From Vicinamibacteria bacterium (GTDB lineage Bacteria; Acidobacteriota; Vicinamibacteria; Fen-336), in NCBI GenBank assembly GCA_016934575.1, contig JAFGSN010000052.1:3868-67867 (forward strand): a stretch of 64,000 bases of DNA. Direction: 5' to 3'. Below the pieces are notes generated by a model. That model did no database searches. It was not told where the DNA came from and saw only the letters and a list, made by a program, of their open reading frames with translations. Shown here in pieces: positions 40,001-49,329 of this stretch. Positions within the stretch are counted from its first letter, which is position 1. Every line of letters starts with the position of its first letter. The translations under genes were made by a program, and so were the position numbers.

Positions 40001-43000
40001 CGCGACGCTTCGGCCTCGTTCGGCGGCGGCGCGCTGACGCTTGACGGCGGCGCGCGACTGGAAGGCGGTGGCGTGACCGGCGTTCGGCTCGACGCGCGCG
40101 CGCGCGACGTCGCTCTCCACTATCCGCCCGGCCTGCGAAGCCGCCTTGACGCCGAAGTCGCGCTTACCGGCAGGTCCGGCGCGCTTCGGCTCACGGGCCG
40201 CATCGCTTCCCAGCGCGCGCTCTTCGATCGTGATCTGATGACGGAAGAAACCTTGTTCGCCTCCGTGCCCGAAGCGACGGCCTCTCCGCTTCTGCGGTCC
40301 ATCGGCCTTGATCTCGCCATCGACACGGCCACGCCGCTGCGGATGAACAACGACGTCGCCCGCCTTGAAGCCAAGGGAACGCTCGTGATCCGGGGCACCA
40401 TGGAAACGCCCGAGCCCTATGGCGCGCTCGACGTCGTCGTTCCCGGCGGCAAGTTCTTCTTCCAGGGACAGGAATATTCGATCACCGAGGGCCAGATCGC
40501 CTATCGGGGCGACTGGGAGCCCGTCCTTCGTCTCTCGGCCGAGACGTATATCGAGAAGCAGCGCCAATCCGAACCTGGGAACAAGCGCATCGACCGTTAT
40601 CTCGTCAGGGTGAACGTCAATGGAACGGTGTTCGAGATCTCTCAAGCCTGGACCGCGAAACGTTTCGGTTTGCAGTCGCCGGATCAAATCCGAGACGCCT
40701 TTTCAGCGACGTCCGACTCCATCACTGACGAGCAGCAGCTCCTTGACGAGCTTTTCGGACGCAGGGCCGATCAGCACGCGTTGTCGCTGCTGGCGGGCCG
40801 TATCTCGCGCGGATTGGCCGCCGATCTCCGCAAGCTGGGTCTGGACGAGGTGAGCATTGAGCCGCAGCTCGTGGCGCGCGAGACCGATCCGGGAGCGCGG
40901 TTCACCTTCGGCAAGAATCTGACGGATGACGTGGACCTCGTCTACTCCACGAGCCTGGGCAACGCCGAGCGGTCTTTCGTGAAAATCGAGGCGCGCCCCG
41001 GGTGGAACGTCGCGATCACGATCCAACGCCAGATTGAAGGCGCCGGCGGCGGCGCTTTCACTTACGGCGCCGGACAGAGGATCCGCCTGGGCGGACCTCG
41101 ACGTGACAAAGCGTTCGCGACCGAGGAACGAATAACGATACGCGCCCTGACTTTCGAAGGCTGTCCGGCATGTGAGACGGAGGCCTTCGCCGGAGTCCTG
41201 GAGCTTAAAGTCGGCGACCGCGTGACGCCGTTCGAGCTTCAGGACGCCGCCGAACGTCTGAGAAGCCGTCTTGCGAAAGACGGATACATCGAGGCCGCCG
41301 TCAGCGCGCATCACGTCGGCGACGGCGTCGTCTTCAAAGTGCGCGCCGGCCGTCGCTATGACTGGCGCGTCGAGGGCATCTCCAATCACCCCGATCTCGA
41401 AAGCGAGATCAAAGGCGCGCTCTTCGAAGAGGAAGCCGTCGACCGTGGAATCGCTCGCCTGCTCGATATCGCGCGCCGCCGCGGTCATCCCCGGGCGCGT
41501 GTCGAGACGCGCGTCGAGAACGAAGACGAGACGCGCCGCCTCGTTTTTATCGTCGAATCCGGCCCGCGCATGAAAATCGACGACGTCCGATTCCCCGGGG
41601 CGCATTCATTGTCTCGTCGAAGGCTTCTCAAGGCGTGCGGCGGCGCGGCCGAGCTGCTCGTGGCGCCGGATCATGCGCGCGCCGCCATCAGCGACGCTTA
41701 TCGCCGGATTTTCCATCTTCGCGCACAGGTCGGAGAGCCGGTCCTCCATGAAAGCGTCGGTCGTGTCGCGATCGAGGTTCCCATCGACGAGGGCGAAGCA
41801 GCGCGGGCCTCCGCCGTCGTATTCGACGGCGCGACTCTTCCCGTCGATGACCTCATCGACGCCTCCGGCCTCGTCGCCGGCGAGCCTTTCGACCCCGTTG
41901 CCGTCGAACGAGCGATCGTCACGGTCATCGAACACTATGCGAAGCTAGGCCATAGCGACGCACGCGTCTCTCTCACGACGTCGCCGGCCGGCGACGGCGA
42001 CCTCGACCTGCGTTTCACGGTCATCGAAGGTCCGCGCCTGCTTCTGCAAGCGATCGAGATCGAGGGCTTGACGCGGACGAGCGAAGCGCTCGTCCGCCGG
42101 CGCGTGCCGCTCAAGATCGGCGAACCGCTCGATCCTCGCCGGATGGCGGAAACGGAACGTTGCCTGAGAGGACTGGGCATCTTCGACAGCGTCGTCGTCC
42201 GGCGTGATCCGCAACGGCCCGACGTCGTGCGGATCGAGTTGCGCGAAAGCCCGATTCTCATCGGCGGATACGATCTACGTTACGAGAATCGCGGGGGGAA
42301 GAGGCGGTTCACCGACAACTTGAGCGCGCTTGCCGACGTTGAGTTGCGCAACTTTCTGGGCAGCGCCTTCACCGTCGGCGGCCGGCATCAGATCGGCCAA
42401 GCTCTCCAGGAAAGCCGCGTCTCCCTGCACGGGCCCCTGCCGATCGGCGGCTCCTTCACCGGCTCGGTCTTCCGCCAGTACGAGACTCTGCCCCCGACAT
42501 CGAGCGACGGCGAGCCCGTCGACAGCGACACGCGAGGCTTAAGCTTCCAGCACTCGCTGGATCTTCCCGATCGATGGGCTCTTCTCTATGGCTTTCGACT
42601 GAAGCGAGTGCGCATCTTCGACTTCAGTCCGGTGAACGTCGCCAGCGCCGAGCTTTCGCTGTTGCGCGACTCGCGCGACAATCCACTCGATGCGCGCCGC
42701 GGCCGCTTTCTCAGCCTGAACCTCACGCTGTCCCACCCCCGCCTCGGATCAAGCCTCTCGTTCCTCAAGGGATTCGGACAGGCGTTCGTCATGCGCCGGC
42801 TGGGCGAGAACTGGACCTGGGCGCAGGGTTATCGTCTCGGGCTGGCGCACGTTTTCAGAGAGGAGCCGCTCGTCGCATGGGAGCGCTTCCGGGCGGGCGG
42901 CGTCAACAGCCTGCGTGGTTTCGCCGCTGAAAGCGTGGGACCGCGCGACATCCTCGGCGACCCGCGCGGCGGACAGGCGGTGGTCGTTCTCAATCAAGAG

Positions 43001-43228
43001 CTGCGCTACCACCATCGAAGCGGTTTAGGTTTGTGCTTTTTCTACGACACCGGCGAAGTCTTTCCCTCGATCGGCGAGATGCGCCTGGATTTCCGCCATA
43101 CGGCCGGCGTGGGACCCAGGTGGAACTCGCCCATCGGGCTGCTCCGATTGGATCTTGGATTTCCGCTCGATCGCGAGGGAAATGAAGCGAAACTGCAGTA
43201 TTTCTTCAGCCTGGGACAGGCGTTCTGA
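37046..43228 (+). CDS. Giant envelope protein: TamB/AsmA-like (DUF490) module fused to POTRA + Omp85/TamA-like beta-barrel
   Basis: Uninterrupted 2080-codon ORF (36986..43228); start set at ATG 37046 (MRLRLSRRAGLITVLLLVFCLGLF signal-anchor, GGAGAGG upstream); N-terminal ~1350 aa TamB-like beta-rich repeats ending in DUF490-like C-terminus; then POTRA repeats and Omp85 barrel ending in aromatic beta-signal ...KLQYFFSLGQAF; no in-frame start or signal peptide at junction. Confidence 0.75.
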   Translation: MRLRLSRRAGLITVLLLVFCLGLFSFGLFPQDPLRRLAEQRLRAAVGPRCRIGQLHVIPIRLAVSARDVVLASDGFELSIERGSAALSLDALLGRALSLRSLTLHRPLLRLNSAPASDETPPLALPPIVLKRVLVTDGRFIYAGAKERFDLSGIEVRGGMGEGRLDVRVRHGQFLKPRRIDIESLHARLMISPRLALVIESFEGATRGSRLSVDGRLGSLLDDWSPDLRFSGTIALDELSPPAPQLHGAVFLEGRLSKRQDDLEWNVVMNGARLDVAGWTIDRMRASLSQSSDAGLRARAKLEMLSGGIDVQATMREKKLIATLAARRLRFDQRTLPAAFHQAGVDFDASARGRLDGRLTTLISARATTHIGRDIVANIDAESSGWLNPTRQTTDMKFKAVTDARPRHASDTPMSIVRATLTLNGRAAGALNDLSIESVLEGLATIATPSGGRHVEIAGELRRVHDRLTSRIEALGVGDGARLELEATAGHVRNLAIKAANVNLAEILPEWSGKADWVLEASGPPQRLAGHSQLSIRDASWRFLDIGSATAAYKGTASDGRLSLRVPAFNVAGDGDLRLGRRPILNASISFERFPLSPFAALVERPLEGTLSGLVVVALPLDRPEKLRVETRLSALNASSERLDVRLERPLVVRLDETTIAIDDLALLGPAFLLETHGASSRLENGPLDLSVKLSADLARLPYRSRTDLAGEVAADIRLRGSRKSPSATGTILLSRVNAGSPKLPPLALDSGRITLDGDAFRFDDLAAAFANGTLKLHGRLPFESLRPRDASRPHSAEADVDIEWSGIEAARILASLAPRGVEGGAPRINARLSGRLHIGGRPTSLESIRARLVFNETPLTIEEAGVVISQAILTMDGGVVHTDGVALDSEQGEFSMRGDVDLLRRRLDVGGDGALNLRMLSPFLSDMAFGGRAEAHVAVGGSFDSPDMRGSVDIKDGLLRFRELRQPLTAIDARLQFDRAAIRLRDASASFGGGALTLDGGARLEGGGVTGVRLDARARDVALHYPPGLRSRLDAEVALTGRSGALRLTGRIASQRALFDRDLMTEETLFASVPEATASPLLRSIGLDLAIDTATPLRMNNDVARLEAKGTLVIRGTMETPEPYGALDVVVPGGKFFFQGQEYSITEGQIAYRGDWEPVLRLSAETYIEKQRQSEPGNKRIDRYLVRVNVNGTVFEISQAWTAKRFGLQSPDQIRDAFSATSDSITDEQQLLDELFGRRADQHALSLLAGRISRGLAADLRKLGLDEVSIEPQLVARETDPGARFTFGKNLTDDVDLVYSTSLGNAERSFVKIEARPGWNVAITIQRQIEGAGGGAFTYGAGQRIRLGGPRRDKAFATEERITIRALTFEGCPACETEAFAGVLELKVGDRVTPFELQDAAERLRSRLAKDGYIEAAVSAHHVGDGVVFKVRAGRRYDWRVEGISNHPDLESEIKGALFEEEAVDRGIARLLDIARRRGHPRARVETRVENEDETRRLVFIVESGPRMKIDDVRFPGAHSLSRRRLLKACGGAAELLVAPDHARAAISDAYRRIFHLRAQVGEPVLHESVGRVAIEVPIDEGEAARASAVVFDGATLPVDDLIDASGLVAGEPFDPVAVERAIVTVIEHYAKLGHSDARVSLTTSPAGDGDLDLRFTVIEGPRLLLQAIEIEGLTRTSEALVRRRVPLKIGEPLDPRRMAETERCLRGLGIFDSVVVRRDPQRPDVVRIELRESPILIGGYDLRYENRGGKRRFTDNLSALADVELRNFLGSAFTVGGRHQIGQALQESRVSLHGPLPIGGSFTGSVFRQYETLPPTSSDGEPVDSDTRGLSFQHSLDLPDRWALLYGFRLKRVRIFDFSPVNVASAELSLLRDSRDNPLDARRGRFLSLNLTLSHPRLGSSLSFLKGFGQAFVMRRLGENWTWAQGYRLGLAHVFREEPLVAWERFRAGGVNSLRGFAAESVGPRDILGDPRGGQAVVVLNQELRYHHRSGLGLCFFYDTGEVFPSIGEMRLDFRHTAGVGPRWNSPIGLLRLDLGFPLDREGNEAKLQYFFSLGQAF

Positions 43229-43372
43229 GCTTCCCGAGCCTCCTGGCGATGATGAGTTGTCGCCGCTCACGCCAAAACTTCAAAGAGACCACGAGTGCGG
43301 TACGATGGCGGAGTCCGCGGATCGGCCGACGCCGAAGCCGCTGCCGGCGCGGCGCGGAATGGGAGAGGTCGA

Positions 43373-45079
43373 GTGAGGTTCGGCATCAAGAGATCGACAG
43401 CGTACATTCTTGCGGCGGCGGCTGGCGCCGCCGGCTTGGCGTACCCTGGCCGCGTTCAGGAGGTTCGTTTTACCGACGTGACCGAATCGTCCGGCATCCG
43501 CTTCGAGCACATCAACGGAGCGTTCGGCAAAAGGCTCCTTCCCGAAACCATGGGTGCGGGCGTGGCGCTGTTGGATTACGATAACGACGGACGCCAGGAC
43601 ATCTTTTTCGTCAACTCCACGAGTTTCCATGGCCAGCCTGGGCCCATAGGCCTCCCCGCGCTCTACCATAACAACGGTGATGGAAGCTTCACGGACGTGA
43701 CCCGCGCCGCTGGACTGGCCGTCGCGGTCTACGGCATGGGCGTCACCGTCGCCGACTACGACAACGACGGCTGGGAGGACATATACGTCACGGCGGTCGG
43801 ACCGAACCGATTGTTCCGAAACCTGAACGGCCGGCGCTTCACGGACGCGACAGTTAAGGCGGATGTCGGAGATCCCGGATTCTCGGCAAGCGCGGCGTTC
43901 TTCGATTATGACAATGACGGCTGGCTGGACCTCTTCGTCACCAATTATGTCGAGTGGTCGCAGGCCAAGGACGTCTTCTGCACGCTGGACGGCAGTCGCA
44001 AGTCCTATTGCTCTCCCGAGTCTTATCGCGGCCAGAGTCCCCGTCTCTACCACAACCGGGGCGACGGCACATTCGAGGACGCCACCGCCCGGGCCGGCCT
44101 CCGCGATCCATCGAGCAAGGCCCTGGGCGTGGCGCTCCTGGACATCGATAGCGACGGCTGGCTCGACCTGTTTGTGGCCAACGACACCCAACCCAACAAA
44201 CTCTATCGCAACACCGGCAAGGGCACATTTGTCGACGTCGCGGTTCAGATGGGCGTGGCCTTCAGCGAGTACGGCATCGCCCGGGCCGGCATGGGTACGG
44301 ACGCCGCCGACTACGACGGATCCGGACGAGCCGGCCTGATCGTCGGCAACTTCTCCAATGAGATGATGGCGTTGTTTCATAACGACGGCGACGGGTTCTT
44401 CGTCGACGAAGCCGCGCTGACGACCGTGGGGCATGCGACGTACCTCAAGCTGACCTTCGGCTGCTTCTTCTTCGACTTCGACCTCGATGGGCGCCGCGAC
44501 ATCCTCGGCGCGAACGGCCACATCTGCGACGATATCGCCGCCGCTCACCCGCGGATCGGTTACGCCCAGACCGCTCACCTCTTGCGCAACCTCGGCGGGC
44601 GGCGCTTCGAGGACGTCTCCGGAACGGTCGGCCGCGGGCTGGCCGTTCCGTTCGTCGGCCGCGGGCTGGCGCATGGCGACCTCGACGGGGACGGCGACCT
44701 CGATGTCGTCCTGACCGTCAACCAGGGACGGGCGCGAATGTTCCGCAACGACGGCGGCAACCGCAACGGCTACGTGCGGCTTCGGCTCATCGGAACGCGC
44801 TCCAACCGCAGCGGCATCGGCGCTCGCGTCATCCTGACTCATGCCGGCGGCACACGGCAATGGGCCCTCGTGAAAACTGGATCGAGCTACTGCTCCCAGA
44901 GCGAGCTGCCAATCACTTTCGGCCTGGGCCCGAGGGACAGGCCTGCGCGCATCGAAGTGGCGTGGCCCAGCGGCCAGCGGGATCTCATTACACATCCATC
45001 GTCCAACCGTATGCTCACGATCGTGGAGCGGGAAGGGCTTGTCGCAAGCGGCGTCATCAAGACGGATCGGAAGCGGTAA
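43373..45079 (+). CDS. CRTAC1-family protein (FG-GAP/VCBS repeats + ASPIC/UnbV domain), secreted
   Basis: GTG start 43373 preceded by GGGAGAGG (5-nt spacing); signal peptide ILAAAAGAAGLA; repeated DYDNDGW.D FG-GAP motifs; C-terminal UnbV_ASPIC-like region. Confidence 0.7.
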   Translation: MRFGIKRSTAYILAAAAGAAGLAYPGRVQEVRFTDVTESSGIRFEHINGAFGKRLLPETMGAGVALLDYDNDGRQDIFFVNSTSFHGQPGPIGLPALYHNNGDGSFTDVTRAAGLAVAVYGMGVTVADYDNDGWEDIYVTAVGPNRLFRNLNGRRFTDATVKADVGDPGFSASAAFFDYDNDGWLDLFVTNYVEWSQAKDVFCTLDGSRKSYCSPESYRGQSPRLYHNRGDGTFEDATARAGLRDPSSKALGVALLDIDSDGWLDLFVANDTQPNKLYRNTGKGTFVDVAVQMGVAFSEYGIARAGMGTDAADYDGSGRAGLIVGNFSNEMMALFHNDGDGFFVDEAALTTVGHATYLKLTFGCFFFDFDLDGRRDILGANGHICDDIAAAHPRIGYAQTAHLLRNLGGRRFEDVSGTVGRGLAVPFVGRGLAHGDLDGDGDLDVVLTVNQGRARMFRNDGGNRNGYVRLRLIGTRSNRSGIGARVILTHAGGTRQWALVKTGSSYCSQSELPITFGLGPRDRPARIEVAWPSGQRDLITHPSSNRMLTIVEREGLVASGVIKTDRKR

Positions 45080-46451
45080 GCTTGTCGGCGTCGATGCCGT
45101 GCTTGCGCAGGTAGTAGCCAAGGTTCCGCTGATCGATACCGAGCAGTCGCGCGGCCTCTTTCCGCACACCACCTGAGCCGCCGAGAGCCGCCAGAACGAC
45201 CTCTTTTTCACGCTGTAGAAGCGCCTGCCGTAAATTCATCGGGCTATCCTCGGCGTTCTTGCCTCTGGCCGGCGCAACAGACCCCGGAGCCAGGTCGAGA
45301 GACTCGACGATGTCGCCAATGCTCATGATGATCGTACGCTCGATGGCATTGCCCAGTTCGCGGACGTTGCCGGGCCACGAGTAGGCCGTCATTTCTTCCA
45401 GGCACGACCGTGAGAATGCAGGGGTGGATCGGCCGAGACGAGCGGATACCTTTGCCGCGAAGTGAGCGGCCAGGAGCGGAATGTCGTCGATCCTCTCGCG
45501 CAGCGGAGGGACGACGATACGAATGACATTGAGGCGATAAAAAAGATCCTGCCGAAAACGGCCTTCGGCGACGTCTTTCTCCAGGTCGCTGTTGGTCGCG
45601 GCCATGAGCCGAACGTCGACGCTGGTCGCGCGTTCATCGCCAAGGCGATTGAACTCGCCGTCTTGCACGACACGGAGGATCTTGGCCTGGGCGATGAGCG
45701 GCATGGACCCGACCTCGTCCATGAAAAGAGTGCCTCGATGAGCCAGACGGAAATGTCCCTCCCGATCCGCCACGGCCCCCGTGAAGGCGCCCTTACGATG
45801 GCCGAAAAATTCGCTTTCCCACATCTCCACGGGCACGGCGGCGCAACTGACCCGAACATAGGGAGCCCTGGATCGAGCGCTCCACCGGTGGACGAGGCGG
45901 GCGAGAAGCTCCTTGCCCGTTCCCGATTCGCCGAGGATCAGAACCGTCGAGTCAGTGGGGGCCACGGATTGAATGGTCTTCAACACCTGCCGCCACGCGT
46001 CCGACCGCCCCACCGGGAACTCCGCTCCGTCCTCTCTGCCACGCAGATATTCAAGCTCACGGCGTATCGCTCGCGATTCCATGGCCCGGTCGAGAACGAG
46101 CTCCAAAGCCGAGGGAGCGGCGGGCTTGAGGACATAGTCGGATGCGCCGGCGTGCAGACACTCCACGGCCGAGGACACGGTGCCGAAACCGGTCAACACC
46201 ACGACGGGAACTTCCGGGTAAGATGCTCGCACGCGCCGCACCAGTTCAAGGCCTCCGCCTTCGGGCATCTTGAGATCGGTGAGAACCACGTCGAATGAGC
46301 GGCGCTCGCAGCGCCTCAAAGCCGACTCAACTCCGTCGGCCAGATCGACGTCGAATCCGCGAGACGCCAGCATCTCGCCCAGTGAATTACGGACATAGGT
46401 CTCGTCGTCCACGACAAGGACCTGGCCCCTCCGTGGTCGCCCGTCAGCCAC
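45057..46451 (-). CDS. Sigma-54-dependent two-component response regulator (NtrC family: receiver + AAA+ + Fis HTH)
   Basis: Receiver VLVVDDE...DLKMP; AAA+ GESGTGKE, GAFTGA sigma54-contact motif, ESELFGH-like, arginine finger region; C-terminal HTH; GTG start 46451 two nt after kinase stop. Confidence 0.85.
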   Translation of the reverse strand: MADGRPRRGQVLVVDDETYVRNSLGEMLASRGFDVDLADGVESALRRCERRSFDVVLTDLKMPEGGGLELVRRVRASYPEVPVVVLTGFGTVSSAVECLHAGASDYVLKPAAPSALELVLDRAMESRAIRRELEYLRGREDGAEFPVGRSDAWRQVLKTIQSVAPTDSTVLILGESGTGKELLARLVHRWSARSRAPYVRVSCAAVPVEMWESEFFGHRKGAFTGAVADREGHFRLAHRGTLFMDEVGSMPLIAQAKILRVVQDGEFNRLGDERATSVDVRLMAATNSDLEKDVAEGRFRQDLFYRLNVIRIVVPPLRERIDDIPLLAAHFAAKVSARLGRSTPAFSRSCLEEMTAYSWPGNVRELGNAIERTIIMSIGDIVESLDLAPGSVAPARGKNAEDSPMNLRQALLQREKEVVLAALGGSGGVRKEAARLLGIDQRNLGYYLRKHGIDADKLTASDPS

Positions 46452-48066
46452 CGGCCGCCTCCGTCCACTCGGGAAGAGTGATGCGGAACACGGCGCCGCC
46501 TCCGTCTCTGTTCGCCGCCTCCAGCTTGCCTCCATGCTGGGCGACGATGGAGTTGCATACGGAGAGTCCGAGGCCGGTGGAGCCCTTCGTCGAGAAAAAC
46601 GGCTCGAAAATCCGATTCAGGTCGGCCGGCGAGACGCCGGGGCCGCGATCGGCGACCTCGATGCGTATCTGTCCGTCGCTCCGATCGGCGGTCAGGCGCA
46701 CCTCGCCCCCCTGAGGCTGAGCCTCGCAGGCGTTGAGCACGAGGTTCATGAGCACTTGCCCGAGCATCACGCTGTTTCCCATGACCATCAGCGGCCCCTT
46801 GCGCAGATCGACATCGAACGTCGTTTCACGGAAAGCGCGCCGCGATTCCACGAAAGCCGTCGTCTGTCGTGACAAATCTCCAACGTCTACTGGGCTGGCG
46901 GGGGCGCTCGTGGGATCGACCTGGGTGAGAACCTGCCGGACAGTGCCCGCGACACGCTCCATCCCCTCCTGTACGCCTTCCAGGCGACGGCGGACCGAGG
47001 AAACATCGGCGCGATCGAGATCATCCTTTGCCAGGGTCAGGTAATTGAGCATGCCCTCGAGCGGATTGTTGATCTCGTGAGCGATGCCGGCCACAACTCG
47101 CCCGACAGTGGCGAGCCGTTCGGAGTGAAAGAGCTGTCGCTCTAGTTCCCGAACCCGAGTCTCCTCGCGAGCCTGGCTCTCGAGCCTCACCTGGCGCCGA
47201 AGCTGGAGCACGCTGTAAAGACCCAACAACAAGGTCAGCGCCATCACTCCCAGGTCGACGACCAAGGTGAGGCGATAGCGGCGGGAGAGCGGTTCGACAA
47301 GACCGAGGATCGCCGCTCGGCTCCCCACGCAAGTCAGCTTCCATGGAGACGGCGCGGCCCAGCCTCCGGCCCGTACCAGTGACTCGGCCGTGAGGCGTTC
47401 AACGACGGCTTCGCTCTCCGGAATGCCGCCCGCCAGGGGCCAATCGCTGGCGTCCGTGAGCAGGCATTGCGGGGAAGCTTCGGATCTCGCCGGCGCGATC
47501 AGGCTGGAAGCGTCCAGCTCGGCCACCACACGCTGAGCCCTGGTCGTCGCGGCGTGAGTTCCTAGGCCGAAAACGCCCCGAATATGCGGCCGTCGTCCCA
47601 AGGCCGGCGGCGGCTGAACCATAACCTGTCTGTCGGAAGCAGGACGCCATACCATAGGAACGCCGCCGCGCCAGCCGGCTTCGACGAGCACACGGTTCTT
47701 TCCCACAAGGACGGAGATCCGCAAGATCTGAGGGTGTCCGCGAAGGAAGATGAGGAGGGCCGCTCCCGCGCCCTGGCGGTCCCAGTCGTTCCCTCCCGCC
47801 CCGGACGGATGGGTCTCCTCTCCTAGTCGAGTGATGGCGCTCGAGCCCGCTAGAAAGACGAGATCCATGCGGCTCTGCGACACGATATCCTGAATGGCGC
47901 GGGCGCGATTCTCCGTTTCGAGACGAAAGAGGCGATTCGCCTCCTCATCGAGACCCCGGCGGGCCATCGTGATGTCCCACAAGCCCGCCCCGTTGACGGC
48001 AACGACTATGGACAGCAGGAGAATCGTAAGCCAGCCAAGGTGAGTGTTGCTGCGGCGTATCTGCAT
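46444..48066 (-). CDS. Sensor histidine kinase with N-terminal TM/periplasmic sensor domain
   Basis: H-box HEINNPLEGM, N/G boxes DRGPGVSPADLNRIFEPFFSTKGSTGLGLSV; TM helices flanking ~270-aa periplasmic region; start ATG 48066 or GTG 48120. Confidence 0.75.
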   Translation of the reverse strand: MQIRRSNTHLGWLTILLLSIVVAVNGAGLWDITMARRGLDEEANRLFRLETENRARAIQDIVSQSRMDLVFLAGSSAITRLGEETHPSGAGGNDWDRQGAGAALLIFLRGHPQILRISVLVGKNRVLVEAGWRGGVPMVWRPASDRQVMVQPPPALGRRPHIRGVFGLGTHAATTRAQRVVAELDASSLIAPARSEASPQCLLTDASDWPLAGGIPESEAVVERLTAESLVRAGGWAAPSPWKLTCVGSRAAILGLVEPLSRRYRLTLVVDLGVMALTLLLGLYSVLQLRRQVRLESQAREETRVRELERQLFHSERLATVGRVVAGIAHEINNPLEGMLNYLTLAKDDLDRADVSSVRRRLEGVQEGMERVAGTVRQVLTQVDPTSAPASPVDVGDLSRQTTAFVESRRAFRETTFDVDLRKGPLMVMGNSVMLGQVLMNLVLNACEAQPQGGEVRLTADRSDGQIRIEVADRGPGVSPADLNRIFEPFFSTKGSTGLGLSVCNSIVAQHGGKLEAANRDGGGAVFRITLPEWTEAAGG

Positions 48067-48207
48067 GCCATGAAGACCCGAGTCGCACGCTAGCGTAGCG
48101 TGGATTCGCGACGAACGCACCCCGCCTGTCGTGCTCGATGTGCGCGCCTAGGCCGGATCATAGAGGATATTCGACCCCCGGTTGGCTCGCCCATAGATCG
48201 TATGGAG

Positions 48208-48226
48208 GGCACGCATCACACGTGCC
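48208..48226 (+). promoter_or_regulatory. Candidate enhancer (UAS) inverted repeat for the sigma54 activator
   Basis: GGCACG-N7-CGTGCC perfect inverted repeat ~100-125 bp upstream of the -24/-12 element, in the HK/RidA divergent intergenic region. Confidence 0.35.
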
Positions 48227-48310
48227 GGCGCTTCTCCAACGCACCCTGGAAGTCCTTCTCCTGTATAGTGATTCGCGAATCGTGGCTTGTTTCAGAGACG
48301 CCGCCATTCT

Positions 48311-48326
48311 CGGCATGTGTATTGCT
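48311..48326 (+). promoter_or_regulatory. Sigma-54 (-24/-12) promoter candidate
   Basis: CGGCATG-TGTA-TTGCT matches TGGCACG-N4-TTGCW with exact GG/GC spacing (GG 48312-13, GC 48324-25); ~80 nt upstream of RidA-like ATG; adjacent to sigma54 activator gene; AT-rich spacer region. Confidence 0.5.
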
Positions 48327-48405
48327 AGATATTAATTCGGTTGAAATCAACAGACCGCCTAAGAATCATCAACTGATTGGCGCGAAACAAGAATGCGAGG
48401 AAGCG

Positions 48406-49017
48406 ATGTTCAAGGAGCAATTCATGCCGGACAAGCAACAACACAAGATCGACCTCGGCCATCTGACGTCTGGCGGACGCGAAGAACTGGCGAAACTCGG
48501 CCTGCTCGGTTCGAATGACGCCGTGCTCGATTGCCCCTACCGTAAAGACGCCTCTCGATCTTCATCGATCTCTAAGCACGCCATATCGGCGCCCCAAGTG
48601 CTGAACGAGGCGCGCTGCTACGGCTCGTCTTTTCCGCGAGGCCTGCGACTTGAGCTCGGCGGATTGTCGGTCCTGCTCATCTCGGGGACGGCATCGATCG
48701 ACGAAAACGGGAAAACCGTCCATGTCGGCGATTTCGGCGCGCAGTGTTGGCGAACCTATCGCAATATCACGACGCTTCTGGCCGCAGAAGGCGCCACATG
48801 GCACGACGTCATTCGCACGACTAACTACCTGAGGGACATCGAGCGCGATTATGAGCCATTCAACGGAATCCGAACGTCATTCTTCACCTGGCTGGGCCTG
48901 AATCCGCTCCCGGCCAGTGTTGGCGTGCAGGCGCGGCTGTGCCGCAGCGATCTCTTGGTCGAGATCGAGGCCGTGGCTCTCATCCCACGCGGCGAGAAGG
49001 CCGAGCAAACGCGATGA
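48406..49017 (+). CDS. RidA/YjgF/TdcF-family protein with ~70-aa N-terminal extension
   Basis: GAGGAAG RBS before ATG 48406; C-terminal 130 aa match RidA fold (ISGTASIDENGKTV...NYLRDIE...VEIEAVA); track ORF from 48100 is an extension. Confidence 0.7.
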   Translation: MFKEQFMPDKQQHKIDLGHLTSGGREELAKLGLLGSNDAVLDCPYRKDASRSSSISKHAISAPQVLNEARCYGSSFPRGLRLELGGLSVLLISGTASIDENGKTVHVGDFGAQCWRTYRNITTLLAAEGATWHDVIRTTNYLRDIERDYEPFNGIRTSFFTWLGLNPLPASVGVQARLCRSDLLVEIEAVALIPRGEKAEQTR

Positions 49018-49044
49018 TTGACAACATGGAGGATCGACGGGCGC

Positions 49045-49329
49045 ATGACGACCCAATTTGAGTCGTCGATCCTGGCATGCGTTGAATCAACGGATCATCT
49101 CGGCGCCGCGACGCGATATAATCGCGCCGCTGTCGCGTGGAAAAAGCATCTCCTTGACGATTCGATCTCGGCGGTGGATATATCCGAGAACACGCATGGC
49201 GCACGGTCAACGGAGCCGAACGAAATCGAGGACATTTTTCGGCTGGTGCGCCGCGCCTCCGAGTATTTCCCGCTGAAGACGATGATTCGGCGGCGGATAA
49301 GCCGGCTGGAGGTCATCAGGCAGCAATGA
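49045..49329 (+). CDS. Small hypothetical protein
   Basis: 94-aa ORF (ATG 49045) between RidA-like gene and PD40 gene; overlaps next start; no recognisable domain. Confidence 0.3.
   Translation: MTTQFESSILACVESTDHLGAATRYNRAAVAWKKHLLDDSISAVDISENTHGARSTEPNEIEDIFRLVRRASEYFPLKTMIRRRISRLEVIRQQ

Noticed and set aside
43229-43372. Second sigma54 promoter upstream of the first CRTAC1 gene (CTGGCGATGATGAGTTGTC)
   Set aside because: The -12 element lacks the conserved GC and the spacing is off by 1-2 nt. This is much weaker than the 48311..48326 site.
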